NCBI GenBank assembly: GCA_964016885.1
Contig: OZ024755.1
Coordinates: 25,668,001-25,732,000 of the forward strand
Source of the DNA: Eledone cirrhosa
Lineage: Eukaryota
Reading direction: 5' to 3'
Length of the DNA: 64,000 nucleotides
Shown piece by piece: positions 1 through 12,795 of the stretch. The notes below the pieces were generated by a model, which saw only the letters and a program-made list of their open reading frames with translations, did not search any database and was not told the DNA's origin. The first letter of the stretch is position 1, and each line of letters starts with the position of its first letter. The translations under genes were made by a program, and so were the position numbers.

Positions 1-959
1 CTTTTCTTTTCTTTTTCAAATCTGGTACTTATTTCATTTATCTCTTTGTTGCAGAACCGCTAAATTGTGGGACAAACATAGGCATATTATCTGGTCTGCT
101 CTGGTCTGCTGTACCTCTCTCTCTCTCTATATATATATATGTGTGTGTTTCTCTGTCTATCCTTCTCTGGAAGACAGTGTTAAGACCCGAAGATAGATAG
201 GCTCTGCCAAGTTTTAATGCCCATGATCACGTCCTTATGACGTCCCTATACATGCATTATATATTTCGGCGGAAAAATTCTACGAAAGAAGATGTGAAAA
301 TTTAATAAAAGGAAAAGAGAAATTATAATAGATAGTTTTAAGTGAACAGATGGTAGATTTTTATTGAAAGTTATTTTCTACTTCTTTAAGTGGTTGTTAA
401 AAGGGTCAAACAACTTCGGGGGGGGGGGGGGGTCAAATGACCTCATGAGAGGGTCAATGACCTCGTGAGGCGACAAATGATACCTAGAGGGATAACGAAC
501 GGAGTGTGATTAAATGTACACTACTAATATAGATGTTTTTGTAGATATTATTTGTAGATATCTTAACTATTAACATCCTGTAATGATTTAGCAGAAAATA
601 TATAAAAATGGGTTTGTTAATTCAGATGTTTATAGAATTTTCACTGCTGGACGGATTGCTGAAGAAATTTGCAGTATTAAAATAAAGACTTTAATTGTTC
701 ATGTGATGTTCTTAGAATGTTATTTGAGAATTTCCAAATATTTCTTTCTAATACAGTTTCATGTGGTACAGGATGTTAAGAGTTAAGGCATTGTTTTTCA
801 GTGAATAATATACACACACACACGTATATACACACATACACGTATATACATACATGTATATATATATACACACACACATACATACACACAGATACATACA
901 CATATATATAGAGAAAAAGTTGAGAAGTATGAATAGGGTTCTGAGTGGGGGATGTACAT

Positions 960-1266
960 ACATACATACGTTTTCGAGTACGGCCACTACTTTATATCCA
1001 TGTAGGAGAACCCCTACCGATGCGCTGAACGGGTGTGGCTTTTTGGTCCAGCCAGCGACTTGAAAACTCTGGTACAAACACTACACTTGTGACAATTATT
1101 GACACATAGTGCTGGGCCCATGGTACCATGTGACGACAAGTGCAGAGAGATAGCAATGCCTGTGTCGTGAAGCTTTTATAGTGAACAAAGGCACTGCACA
1201 AAGCCAGTCCCACTCTCTTAACCAAGCTGATATTTACCAAAAAGAAGATCAAGTCAACATCATTGA
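960..1266 (-). mobile_element. Non-autonomous RTE-related retroposon (family A), 5'-truncated copy
   Basis: Near-identical to copies at 21215, 22488 and 43107. The minus strand ends in a C2H2-like stretch (CSVCTRVFKSLAG...SAHR*) followed by a (TATG)n tail. Confidence 0.7.
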
Positions 1267-1311
1267 CATACTTACATACACAGACACAGACACAACTATA
1301 TATGAATATGC

Positions 1312-1393
<82 letters not shown>

Positions 1394-1547
1394 GTATGTA
1401 TATATATATATTCTTCTTTCGACAAACTCATATTTAATCTGTTAGGCAAAGAAATTATACTTAGTTATAAATAGTGATATTTCCAACTCTCGAATCTTGA
1501 ATAATCCCCCCCCCCCACATACATACATACATACATACATACATACA

Positions 1548-1579
<32 letters not shown>

Positions 1580-1707
1580 AAACACATTATAGTCAGATAT
1601 GTGAGACATGAACATTATCATCTCATTGTTACAATGTAAAACAAGAGTTTTACGATTTATTACTAGTTAATGTCTTGAAGATTATAAGTTCCACCCACAT
1701 TGTGTGA

Positions 1708-1752
<45 letters not shown>

Positions 1753-1754
1753 AA

Positions 1755-2175
1755 TATGATAATAATGGAGCTGCGGCGCTGTAAATGGTTTTCATATGAA
1801 AAAGTTTGTCCTCATCAGTGGCCATCCAACCGTCGTAGGCATTTCGTCGCATTAAAGGCCATATACCTCAGGTTGGTGCGAGCAACGGCTAAAAAAAGTC
1901 GTTGGGACACGTAAATAAAGGGGACGCTAGGGTAAACAAACAAAATGGTTTAAGCAGCAAAAAGTGATGAAGAAGGAAACAAGTCCCAGATTTCTATGAA
2001 TATAAATTCGGTGGAATCGTGAACGAGAGAATAAAGACCATCAAACCTGGTTGAAATGTGAGCAAGGAAGGAATTTCGCACAGGTCTAACGGGAGGAAGA
2101 AGGGGTCTGGTCTGCGAATTCGGTAAACATAAGTTCTGTGAAGTCGCAGACGAGAGAGAGAAAAAAAATTCATAC
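1755..2175 (-). mobile_element. Dispersed repeat, probable Penelope-like element 3' fragment
   Basis: Second copy at about 18495-18660; both abut (TA)n. The minus strand has CTGATGAG with a decayed rest of the hammerhead and a weak GIY-YIG-end-like translation (TFQPGLM). Confidence 0.4.
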
Positions 2176-2178
2176 CGG

Positions 2179-2268
<90 letters not shown>

Positions 2269-2299
2269 GTCGATATAGATTACGGAAGTCACTGAATTT

Positions 2300-2354
<55 letters not shown>

Positions 2355-2548
2355 GTTATTTAATAAACAACATAAGACAATTATTCCATTTACCAAAGGT
2401 TTCACGAAGACAGACGAGCTCGACACAGACGTCTGAAATCGTTTATCAGAATGAAATTGTTTATTAAATAACTAAATAACTCTGTAGCCTACATAGAGCA
2501 CTCTCTTTTTCTTTACCTTTCCTACGTAAGCACTTAATATATATATAT

Positions 2549-2643
<95 letters not shown>

Positions 2644-2699
2644 CCAGCATTTTCTGAAAAAATCTTTTTCCTTTCTACTATTTGTTAGTATTTTGATTC

Positions 2700-2960
2700 T
2701 CGGATTGAGCTTTGCGTTGTGTTCTTGAGCAAGACACTTTATTTCACGCTGCTCCAGTTTAATCAGCTATAGAAATGACAGGTGCCAAGCTGTATTGCCC
2801 ATTGCCTTTCCCTTGGACAACATCTGTGGCATGGAGAGGGAAGACTGGTATGCCTGGGTGACTGCTGGCCTTCTATAAAACACATCTTGCCCGGACTTGT
2901 ACATCGGAGAACTTTCTAGGTACAAATTCCATGGTAATTCGTGACCGAAGGGGGTCTTTA
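2700..2960 (+). mobile_element. SINE fragment (SINE1-type body, different tail)
   Basis: Shares ttgagcaagacactttatttcac with SINE1 copies. The tail matches segments at about 11020-11150 (-) and 30245-30345 (+). Confidence 0.6.
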
Positions 2961-3058
2961 TATATATATATATATTGTTTTTGTGTATTGTATGACACAA
3001 CAGACAAAAACAAGATTGTGTAGAACATAACAAAGGAGGGACACAAAATCTAAACATA

Positions 3059-3101
3059 GTCACTGAGGAGGTCACAGAATGTGTGACGAAAGAGCTTTAA
3101 C
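3059..3101 (+). ncRNA. Hammerhead ribozyme motif, type I (family D)
   Basis: GUCA-CUGAGGA-G-GUCACA/UGUGAC-GAAA-GAGC-UU-UAAC. One stem I mismatch; same family as 10562-10604. Confidence 0.5.
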
Positions 3102-3107
3102 AATATA

Positions 3108-3164
<57 letters not shown>

Positions 3165-3191
3165 TGTGAAAGACCGAAGCTCATTATATAT

Positions 3192-3669
3192 CTATCTAGG
3201 GCGGGTAAAATTTCCGAGATCCATGGACGAGTTCTCTCCAGCGGTCTCTGTCCCTCATTATCTCTGCCATGTCCTGCGTCTCCAACAGACCAGTGTCTGT
3301 CCTTAGGGCATCAACATATGTTAACCTTGGTCTTCCTCTTCCAGTGTGTCCATGTAGGGGCTCCCACAGCTTGAGATCAGTGTGGAAGTCGGACCTTCGT
3401 AAAGACCTGAAAATCCGCCTCTTCATTGCTGTAGTGGAGTCTGTGCAGCTGTACGGTTTTGAGACTTGGACACTGACCAAGAAACTCACTCAGATGGTGG
3501 ATGAGTGCTACACGAGAATGCTGAGGATGGCTCTGAACATTAATCAGTATACACTGAGGATGAAAAACTCAAAGCTGTATGGGAGTCTCCCAAAAGTCAG
3601 CTCAAAAGTGACACAGCGGAGACTGAGGTTAGCTGGACATGCTCACCGACATCCAGATTTGACATTGCA
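3192..3669 (-). mobile_element. RTE-clade LINE 3' fragment with inverted 5' part
   Basis: Minus strand 3196-3370: LWEPLHGHTGRGRPRLTYVD...DRDRWRELV*. Plus strand 3370-3670: VWKSDL..KIRLF..VESVQLYG.ETWTLT..RRLRLAGH. Direct repeat ctcattatatat at 3180-3191 and 3670-3681. Confidence 0.85.
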
Positions 3670-4133
3670 CTCATTATATATATATACGTGATGATAAATA
3701 AGATTTCGTTTGTCTAGGTCAAATCAAGTATTATTGTATGTATGTATTTATTCTGGCTGTCTGAAGCATAATATATTTTGATTTATATTTACGCCCTAGG
3801 GAATGTTTGACCAATTTGCAATTTTTTATATGTTTTCATCTTTCTCTAGGACTTCTGATATTTTCTTTGAAAGCAAAGTTTTTGCATTGGCCTCTAAAGT
3901 ACTATCTGATAGTACATTAGAGGTCAATGATAGTAACTATTATATAAAACTGCTATTTTCTGGGTGTTTATATTTCACAAGATCTTTTTTAATGGAGAAA
4001 GTAAGACATTTTTTTTTAATCCGTATTTTTACTTTACAATTTTACGGTCAATGATTAAATGATAATATTGTAGTTGTGGGTAGGGCCCTTGGTCTCCTCC
4101 TGGCAACCAACATTTTTAGACATAGTCCGCCAA

Positions 4134-4186
<53 letters not shown>

Positions 4187-4444
4187 ATGTATATGTGTGT
4201 ATATATGTTTATGTATATATATGCATGTATGAATATATGTGTGTATATATGTTTATGTATATATATATATATATATATATAAATGCATGTATGTATATAT
4301 ATTTAATTATCAGTCACACCCACACTTCATCACTAATTGTGATATAACAACGTTTCGGGGAATTCTAATGTGATAGTTAAGATTTATACACTTAGCTTTT
4401 TTACTTATTTCATACGGTGTATACAAGCATACATGCCCTCACAG

Positions 4445-4501
<57 letters not shown>

Positions 4502-4562
4502 TATATACACATATATATATACACACATATATATATACACACACACACACACACATATATAT

Positions 4563-4651
<89 letters not shown>

Positions 4652-5007
4652 CTACTACAATGCCATTGGCATCTAATTAATTACAATCTAACATTACTAA
4701 TGAAACACTCTTTCACTGGTGCCAATCCATGGGCTGTGGTCATGCTGGGGCAATGTATATTTTTTACATTTCTTTAAAGATTCTTTTCATATGCCTTGAA
4801 ATTTATATAGAGATACAAAAAAAAAGCAGATACACTGACAGGCAAGGGGGGAAATATTTTAATGAAAGGATGAAGATACATGATTCTGTTTATTAGGTGT
4901 TGTTAAATGACAACTGGAATTTCAATCTCTTTAATTAATGCCGAATTCCAGAATAATTGAATATCGAATTAATAAACGAGTGGATGTGGCATCTCTCTTC
5001 GTTCCCC

Positions 5008-5074
<67 letters not shown>

Positions 5075-5164
5075 CGTCAGTATACGTATTCACACACCCA
5101 CGTACGTACATGCATTTATACATACATACATGAATACATACATATACATACATATACATACGTA

Positions 5165-5206
<42 letters not shown>

Positions 5207-5213
<7 letters not shown>

Positions 5214-5392
5214 GGAGCTTCTACAGGACTAGTACTGTTTCATTCAGATGAAATCTTCCTGAAGATTTCATCTGAATGAAACAGTACTAGTCCTGTAGAA
5301 GCTCCTTCTATAAAATAAAAAAATTTTACTCTGCCATGTATTGAGTACCTTACTTACTGTGGTTATCCCCGACTCAACCCGGGACCTACGTA
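5207..5392 (+). mobile_element. Fold-back pseudo-LTR-like module in (TA)n
   Basis: Perfect inverted repeat 5207-5258/5261-5312, then a unique tail with TTGAGTAC at 5341. Related copy at 19441-19500 (-). Confidence 0.7.
5255..5301 (+). ncRNA. Hammerhead ribozyme motif, type I
   Basis: CUUC-CUGAAGA-UUUCAUCUGAAU-GAAA-CAG(UACUAGUC)CUG-UA-GAAG. Stems I and III pair; the loop contains the palindrome ACUAGU. Confidence 0.7.
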
Positions 5393-5574
5393 TATATATA
5401 TATATATGTATGTATATGTATATGTATGTATGTATGCATATATATATATATATATGTGTGTGTTTGTGTGTGTGCTCGCACGCGCGCGCGTGTGTGTGTG
5501 TTGTGTGTGTGTGTGCGCGCGCGCGCGTGTGTGTTGTATATGTGTGTGTGTGTGTGTGTGTGTATATATAGTTA

Positions 5575-6300
5575 TGGATGAGGAGACTCTGATCTTGTGC
5601 CACTAGGCAGCCTCTGATGGGTTCTGTTCATAGCTACATCAGCTTCCCTAGCTCATCCCGGGTATTGCCCATACAATGGTTTCTCTTGCTAGACGCGTCA
5701 TTTTCTTCAAGCTTTCCTCTTTGGCTTTTGTTTAACACTTGTTTGCTCCCTTGGTGGATGGCTTGTCCTCATTATCATCATCATGATCAAGGAGGTTAAG
5801 CTTTGTCTGTATTTATATGCCTCCTGTTCGTATTGTCTTACCAACTGTATCATCCAGTCAGTGTTATTTTGGGTGTACATTTGAAGTCCTATCGTGTTCG
5901 TTTTATAGGACGTTTCAAATTGGATCAGGCCTCTATCGCCCTCTATACCCCTCTTTTCGTAGGAGATAGAGCCTATGGACATCAGCGTCTAGGTGATGCA
6001 TTTTGTTTAATGTCAACAGTTTCCTAATCTTTATGTCTTTATATTGGAGTCAACTGAAATTGCAATTAATGACATTAAGGTTATACAGGACAACAGTCAC
6101 AACCAAAGATTTTATAGCTTTAATTCTTTTCTGGGAGTTCAACTCAGTATCCTACACCATTCTAACATGTCTACATTGTTCTTTCCTTATCTTCTCTTTC
6201 ATCGAGTTGTGCTGAATCCCTTCCACTTTGTTGACACCAAAATTCTTATAAAATCCTTCTTGATCCAGATCCTTAATAGTTAACTCCAATCATTATCAAG
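5575..6300 (-). mobile_element. R4/Dong-like non-LTR retrotransposon fragment
   Basis: Frameshifted minus-strand translation KIRKLLT..MHH.DADVHRLYL.RKE...RGLIQFETSYKTNTIGL...DWMIQLV, typical of the post-RT region. Confidence 0.7.
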
Positions 6301-6324
6301 TTAGGTCGAGGTAGTAGCTGTCAA

Positions 6325-6492
6325 AGAGGGTGTGGTAAGATACCAGGTGGACCATAACGCACCAGAGTACTCAGTACTTAGGGTAGTAGAGTGGATAATA
6401 GGAAAAGTGTTCGGACCTAGCTGTCGAAACGGTGGAGCTCAGCCGTCGGGGTCTTAACTCTTTTCCTATATATATACATATATACGTGTGTA

Positions 6493-6546
<54 letters not shown>

Positions 6547-6589
6547 TATATACATATGGGCTGTCTTTGTGCGCATGTGTATGTGTGTG

Positions 6590-6638
<49 letters not shown>

Positions 6639-6772
6639 CGAAGGAAATGTGGTAAGGAACCAGGTGGACCATAACGCACCAAAGTACTCAATACTTGAGG
6701 TAGTAGAGTGGGTATTAGGAACCAGTAAGACCCCGACAGCTGAGCTCAAGCCGTTTCGACGGCTAATTCTGT
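6325..6772 (-). mobile_element. Two copies of pseudo-LTR-like family C (6325-6470, 6637-6772)
   Basis: Shared gtggtaaggaaccaggtggaccataacgcacc block, also at 19377, 26250, 26554 and 28917. Carries a hammerhead 3' half, GAAA-CGGCU/AGCCG-UC. Confidence 0.7.
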
Positions 6773-6782
6773 ACACACACAC

Positions 6783-6816
<34 letters not shown>

Positions 6817-6861
6817 GTGTGTGTGTGAGTACACAAGAATTATAGGTCTGAAGTTCAAATT

Positions 6862-6920
<59 letters not shown>

Positions 6921-7442
6921 ATTCTCATATACCCTGCACTATACATACGCAACTTTATTCTTGAGACAAACAAACAATTGCTCTGTTTTTTACTCCAAAA
7001 GAAAGCATATTGTCTAATAAAACAGATAATGGGAGAACTTTCCCCTCATGAGGGTGCTAAAGTTGATGTCCGGAGCAAATTCTATTTTTAATGCTGCATT
7101 TGACGTCAACAAACGATGAATAAAGTATGATTCATTTGGTTCAGTTTTAGATCTAACATATATCTGAATAACAAGATCGATTAGGCGGATGTTGTGCTAT
7201 AAAAGTTTATAAACTAGTTGCAGGCATGAGCAGTTCCAATCAAAGACTGACGTCTAGCAGCCTTTTCTATTTCTTGTTCTTTCAAAGGAAATTGTAAAGT
7301 CAATGACAGCCGACTGTTTCCGGTCAGACGACTGCACCACGAAAGAGTTCCAATTGCCATATCCGGTGTATCAGCAACATGTCGTGGAAATATTCAATAC
7401 CTTCAGATACAGTAGCTATATCTATTCAATCACATGTACTCA

Positions 7443-7511
<69 letters not shown>

Positions 7512-7512
<1 letters not shown>

Positions 7513-7758
7513 AGGGTTGACGGACCCAGCATATTTATCAATGCCAGTACCGGTTGTATCTCAGCGCACTCAATGGGCAATGTAAGATACATTACCAGAG
7601 TATACATATAGTTATTTGCCTCAACACAACACACGTTAAACGGGTGCCTATAAGGTTCCCGGACTCGAGTTTCTGCTGCACTAACGCAGCAGTAAGGTGC
7701 ACTGCACCATCTGTCTGCATATATTATGCAACAATGCACAATCGGCTTATGCGGCTTC

Positions 7759-7760
<2 letters not shown>
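7512..7760 (-). mobile_element. Pseudo-LTR-like module with truncated hammerhead
   Basis: Minus strand 7658-7692: UGCUGC/GCAGCA-GAAA-CUCGAG-UC, with the CUGA core absent. TTGAGTGC motif at 7566-7573; (TA)n on both sides. Confidence 0.5.
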
Positions 7761-7799
<39 letters not shown>

Positions 7800-7920
7800 A
7801 GGTGAGTTTTATTGTAGTACAATAAAGCAATGCAGATATCGGATAAGAAGCACTCTACAGTTTGTGGGACTGGAGTATGCATAATATAAGATCAAAAGAT
7901 GGTTAAAGGAGTTCCATATA

Positions 7921-7987
7921 TTTTATTATGCGCATTTCAAAAACAAACATCATCAAACAATAATATTTGTGTTTTCATCAGATAAAA
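7921..7987 (-). ncRNA. Hammerhead ribozyme motif, type I (mirror of 8120-8186)
   Basis: Reverse complement of the 8120-8186 motif. Confidence 0.75.
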
Positions 7988-8119
7988 CAGGAGAACATGA
8001 TATGAAGGCTAAAAAAACACTTGTTGATAGTGCAGTTTTAAATCAACATAGCAACATATGTTGATTTAAAACTGCACTATCAACAAGTGTTTTTTTAGCC
8101 TTCATATCATGTTCTCCTG

Positions 8120-8186
8120 TTTTATCTGATGAAAACACAAATATTATTGTTTGATGATGTTTGTTTTTGAAATGCGCATAATAAAA
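8120..8186 (+). ncRNA. Hammerhead ribozyme motif, type I
   Basis: UUUUAU-CUGAUGA-long stem II (ACAAAUAUUAU/AUGAUGUUUGU)-GAAA-UGCGCA-UA-AUAAAA. 6-bp stem I; palindromic stem III. Confidence 0.8.
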
Positions 8187-8218
8187 TATATGGAACTCCT
8201 TTAACCATCTTTTGATCT

Positions 8219-8280
<62 letters not shown>

Positions 8281-8473
8281 GGTAATACTGTATATATATA
8301 TAGTGGATAGTATCAACGCTTGGCTAAGTTTGACTCAACAAGGCGTTTCCATAGTAATGCTGCGAGTACGCGGTGATTTCTATGTAGTTTACACTTGGAT
8401 TTATATATATATATATATATATATAATGAAATGACAGGAGGCTGGATTTGTGTAAATCCTTGAAAGGTTTATT

Positions 8474-8531
8474 ATACTATGATCATTTCAATGACCTGGT
8501 TCCGTATGAATCCGGTGATATCATCAGGTAT
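8474..8531 (-). ncRNA. Hammerhead ribozyme motif (mirror of 8696-8753)
   Basis: Reverse complement of the 8696-8753 motif. Confidence 0.6.
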
Positions 8532-8695
8532 TCGAAATATAATACGTGAATGTAATAGATAAAATCCATGGGGCTGAAAATCGAGGACCCGAGGGCGACC
8601 GGCTGAGGTTGAAGAAACAGAATAGCGGTCGCCCTCGGGTCCTCGATTTTCAGCCCCATGGATTTTATCTATTACATTCACGTATTATATTTCGA

Positions 8696-8753
8696 ATACC
8701 TGATGATATCACCGGATTCATACGGAACCAGGTCATTGAAATGATCATAGTAT
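8696..8753 (+). ncRNA. Hammerhead ribozyme motif, type I
   Basis: AUAC-CUGAUGA-imperfect stem II-GAAA-UGAUCA-UA-GUAU. Palindromic stem III. Confidence 0.65.
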
Positions 8754-8947
8754 AATAAACCTTTCAAGGATTTACACAAATCCAGCCTCCTGTCATTTCA
8801 TTTTAATATTTAACTCCGTAATAGCACCACCAACTACAAAAACAAAGACGGTTGAACTGCCTTACGTTGAGTACTCTCTATATTATTGCATTACGATTGA
8901 CCATACGGAATAGACCAGCTCTATACAGTGGTGAACCTCAAACCTGA

Positions 8948-8988
<41 letters not shown>

Positions 8989-9125
8989 TAAAAACAATGA
9001 AATAAACACACAGAACAAGTTCTTTATATTAAAAAATTAAACATTTTACGATCGTTTCTGGGATATATATGTGTGTTGGTATGTATATCATATAGATCTA
9101 TGTAAAATATTTTGGTAGACTTACC

Positions 9126-9260
<135 letters not shown>

Positions 9261-9864
9261 CGTATATACAAAGAGAGATACGCGCAAATACATACATACA
9301 TATATACATACATACATACATATATACATACATACATACAAGCAACTACATGTATATATAAAGAGAGACGGGCAGACAAACAGACAAGCAGACAGGCAAA
9401 GCAAAATAATGAGGTTATTTGATTTTTTGGTAGAAAGAAATAAAAAATAAGAGAGACGGCATCGTACTCACTCACACGCAGACAACCAGGGATATTAAAT
9501 AATATATATTAAAACATACACCACACACAGTCATCATGAATAGGATTGGTAGAAGAGATATGTAAAAGTATAGAAGCAAAATGGCTGACTGAGTATTAGA
9601 GCCAGCTGTGTTAGTTGCGGTATTTACCAGCATGTAAAATTATCGTCTGCTAATGTTAGAGCAGCCATGTTTAATAGCGCCAATTAACCTACTATTTATT
9701 ACCTGAGTGGTACAGATTGATATCAAGGGTAAATTTTAAAACTTAAATATTCCAGCAGAAATATTGGTGGAGCAATAATATAGCAATGTAGCAAACATAC
9801 ACACACACAAGAGATACATATGCATATATATGTGTATGTGTCCGTTCGTGTGTATGTGTATGAG

Positions 9865-9946
<82 letters not shown>

Positions 9947-9976
9947 ATCAAAAGATGGTTAAAAGAGTTCCAAGTA

Positions 9977-10043
9977 TTTTATTATGTGCATTTCAGAAAC
10001 AAATATCATCATGGGATGATATTTGCGTTCTCATCAGATAAAA
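9977..10043 (-). ncRNA. Hammerhead ribozyme motif, type I (family of 8120)
   Basis: UUUUAU-CUGAUGA-GAAC GCAAAUAUCAUC/GAUGAUAUUUGU UUCU-GAAA-UGCACA-UA-AUAAAA. Confidence 0.75.
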
Positions 10044-10100
10044 TAGGGAGGCATGATATGAAGCTTAAAAAAAACTTGCTAGCAGTGAAGTGTTAAATCA

Positions 10101-10191
<91 letters not shown>

Positions 10192-10279
10192 CGTAAACAA
10201 GACCGTTATTGCTCCAACCAATTTATTTACCTTCGATAACTACCCTAAATAAACATACACCTATACTACACACACACAC

Positions 10280-10353
<74 letters not shown>

Positions 10354-10407
10354 CGTTTCTGAATTTGTTTAGCAAGATTCTTTATCTGAAAACGTGTGTT
10401 GAAACCG

Positions 10408-10648
10408 ATATTGTTATACTTTGGGAGGGTCATGTTGCCAATAAGAAACACACGCACCAGTTGCTTTCACTCCAATTTATTATAATAAATTTATAAATTT
10501 AGGAATTTATAAATTTCCGGTTGGTTGGTTGGTTCCACAACCAGATGATTGTTTATATATTGTCAAAGTTCTTTCGTCACACATTCTGTGACCTCTTCAG
10601 TGACTTGTGCGTGTGTTTCTTATTGGCAACATGACCCTCCCAAAGTAT

Positions 10649-10656
<8 letters not shown>
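10408..10656 (-). mobile_element. Pseudo-LTR-like family D with inverted terminal segment
   Basis: Arms at about 10408-10457 and 10607-10656. Same family at 14162-14335 and 25232-25347. Confidence 0.75.
10562..10604 (-). ncRNA. Hammerhead ribozyme motif, type I (family D)
   Basis: GUCA-CUGAAGA-G-GUCACA/UGUGAC-GAAA-GAAC-UU-UGAC. Confidence 0.6.
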
Positions 10657-10918
<262 letters not shown>

Positions 10919-11159
10919 GCATATATTTCATATACATATATAGAACAAACGCAAGCAATCATCTAATGCCCTATGTATATATATATATATGTGTGTGTGT
11001 ATGTATGTGTATAATGCCAAGGCAAGGTGTTTCTGTGGATGACCAGTAGTCGTCGTCCATACACATCCGTGTCTCCTCTTCATGCTACCGATGTTGTCCA
11101 AGAGAAAGACAATGGCAGATACAGCTTAGCGCTAGTGACGTCGCATCTCGTTTTTTTTT

Positions 11160-11643
11160 AAATTGATAGGTACGGCAGGTTAGCATGGGAGGTTAAGCAG
11201 CCGTGGCCACTGATAAAGGTGGTGGTAATTCCAATAATTGTTTCTACTATTGGCACAAGGCCAGAAATTACCCAGTACATTACTGGTACTTTATTTTATC
11301 GACCCCGTAAGGATGAAAGGCAAAGTTAACCTCGGCGGGATTTGAACTCAGAATAGCAAGGGCCGTAACTCTATGCATCAAAGCATGGCGTCCGGTGGTA
11401 ATTCCAATAATAGTTGGAGTCTGGGAACATTGAGTAAAGATCTTGAGAAATACATTAAACAAATAGGGATTGTAATACGGATGGAACACTTACAAAACCA
11501 TCGTTGCTTGGAACAGCTCGAATACTCTGGAGGGTACTCGAAAAATAAGGGGCGTTACCTCAGTTCTCTGATAGTGAACACCTAACACTGTAATACATCT
11601 CCAGCATTAGAAGCTGAGCGAAGAAACAATAATAACAATAATA

Positions 11644-11645
<2 letters not shown>
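11160..11645 (+). mobile_element. R4/Dong-like LINE 3' end (restriction-like endonuclease region), interrupted by a SINE
   Basis: KIDRYGRLAWEVKQ.W...KVVVIPIIVG..GTLSKDLEKYIKQIG...LLGTARIL, then an (AAT)n tail. Related 3' end at about 42630-42730 (-). Confidence 0.8.
11239..11393 (-). mobile_element. tRNA-derived SINE2, 5'-truncated, 18-bp TSD
   Basis: B-box gagttcaaatcc. ggtggtaattccaataat is duplicated at 11221-11238 and 11394-11411. Confidence 0.9.
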
Positions 11646-11695
<50 letters not shown>

Positions 11696-11774
11696 CGATA
11701 CATAACGACCAATTACAGTTTTGGGGGCGAACGAGTCCCTCTTAAAATGTTCTGACTAATCAGTCGTAAAATTT

Positions 11775-11858
11775 AATGATGATAATGTTATCACCATCAT
11801 CATCAATATCATCATCATCATCATCATCATCATTATTATCATCGTCATTATTATTATT

Positions 11859-11889
<31 letters not shown>

Positions 11890-12125
11890 ACATCATCATC
11901 AACATCATCGTCACTGTCATCATCAACATCATCATCATCATCATTATCGTCATCATCAGCAGCAGCAGCATTATCATCACCATTTTCATCCTTAATCAAC
12001 ATCATCGTCATAGTCTTTATTACCTTCATCATTATCCTCATCATCTTCATCATCAACATCATCAACATCATCGTCATCAATAGCAGCACTATCATCATCA
12101 TTATCATCATTATCATCCTTAATCA
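11775..12125. repeat. Degenerate (CAT)n microsatellite
   Basis: Direct inspection. Confidence 0.95.
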
Positions 12126-12131
12126 ACATCA

Positions 12132-12795
12132 TAGTCAATGTCCCACCACAGTTAAACCCTTCTTTATTTAATAGTCAAGCTATACCTAGTGAGCTAACGT
12201 CCCACCACATTTAAACCTTACTTTTTTTAATGATCAAACTATACCTAATGAGCCTGTCCCACCACAGTTAAACCATACTTTATTTGATAGTCAAGCTATT
12301 CCTAGTGAGCCTATGTCCCACCACAGTTAAACCATACTTTAGTTAATGATTAAGCTATACCTAGTGAGCTAATGTCCCACCACAGTTAAACCCTTCTTTA
12401 TTTAATGATCAAGATATACCTAGTGAGCTAATGTCCCACTACAGTTAAATCATACTTTAGTTAATGATCAAGCTATACCTAGTGAGCTAATGTCCCACCA
12501 CAGTTAAACCATTCTTTATTTAATGATCAAGATATACCTAGTGAGCTAATGTCCCACCACAGTTAAACCATACTTTATGTAATGGTCAAGCTATACCTAG
12601 TGAGCCAATGTCCCACCACAGTTGAACCTTGCTTTATTTAATAGTCTGGATATACTTAGTGAGCTAATGTCCCACCACACTTAAACCATACTTTATGTAA
12701 TGGTCAAGCTATACCTAGTGAGCCAATGTCCCACCAGAGTTGAACCTTACTTTATTTAATAGTTTGGCTATACTTAGTCAATCAATGTTCCACTA
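12132..12795. repeat. Minisatellite, about 59-bp unit, about 11 copies
   Basis: Unit tcaagctatacctagtgagctaatgtcccaccacagttaaacc...tttatttaatga. Confidence 0.95.

Larger units (their letters stand above)
7881..8226. repeat. Palindrome, 170-bp arms, 6-nt loop
   Basis: 7881-8050 is the reverse complement of 8057-8226. A single-arm relative lies at 9944-10103. Confidence 0.95.
8425..8802. repeat. Palindrome, 177-bp arms, 24-nt spacer
   Basis: 8425-8601 is the reverse complement of 8626-8802. A unique tail runs to about 8950 with TTGAGTAC at 8867. Confidence 0.95.

Noticed and set aside
8472-8755. Two near-identical 69-aa ORFs on opposite strands
   Set aside because: A consequence of the DNA palindrome.
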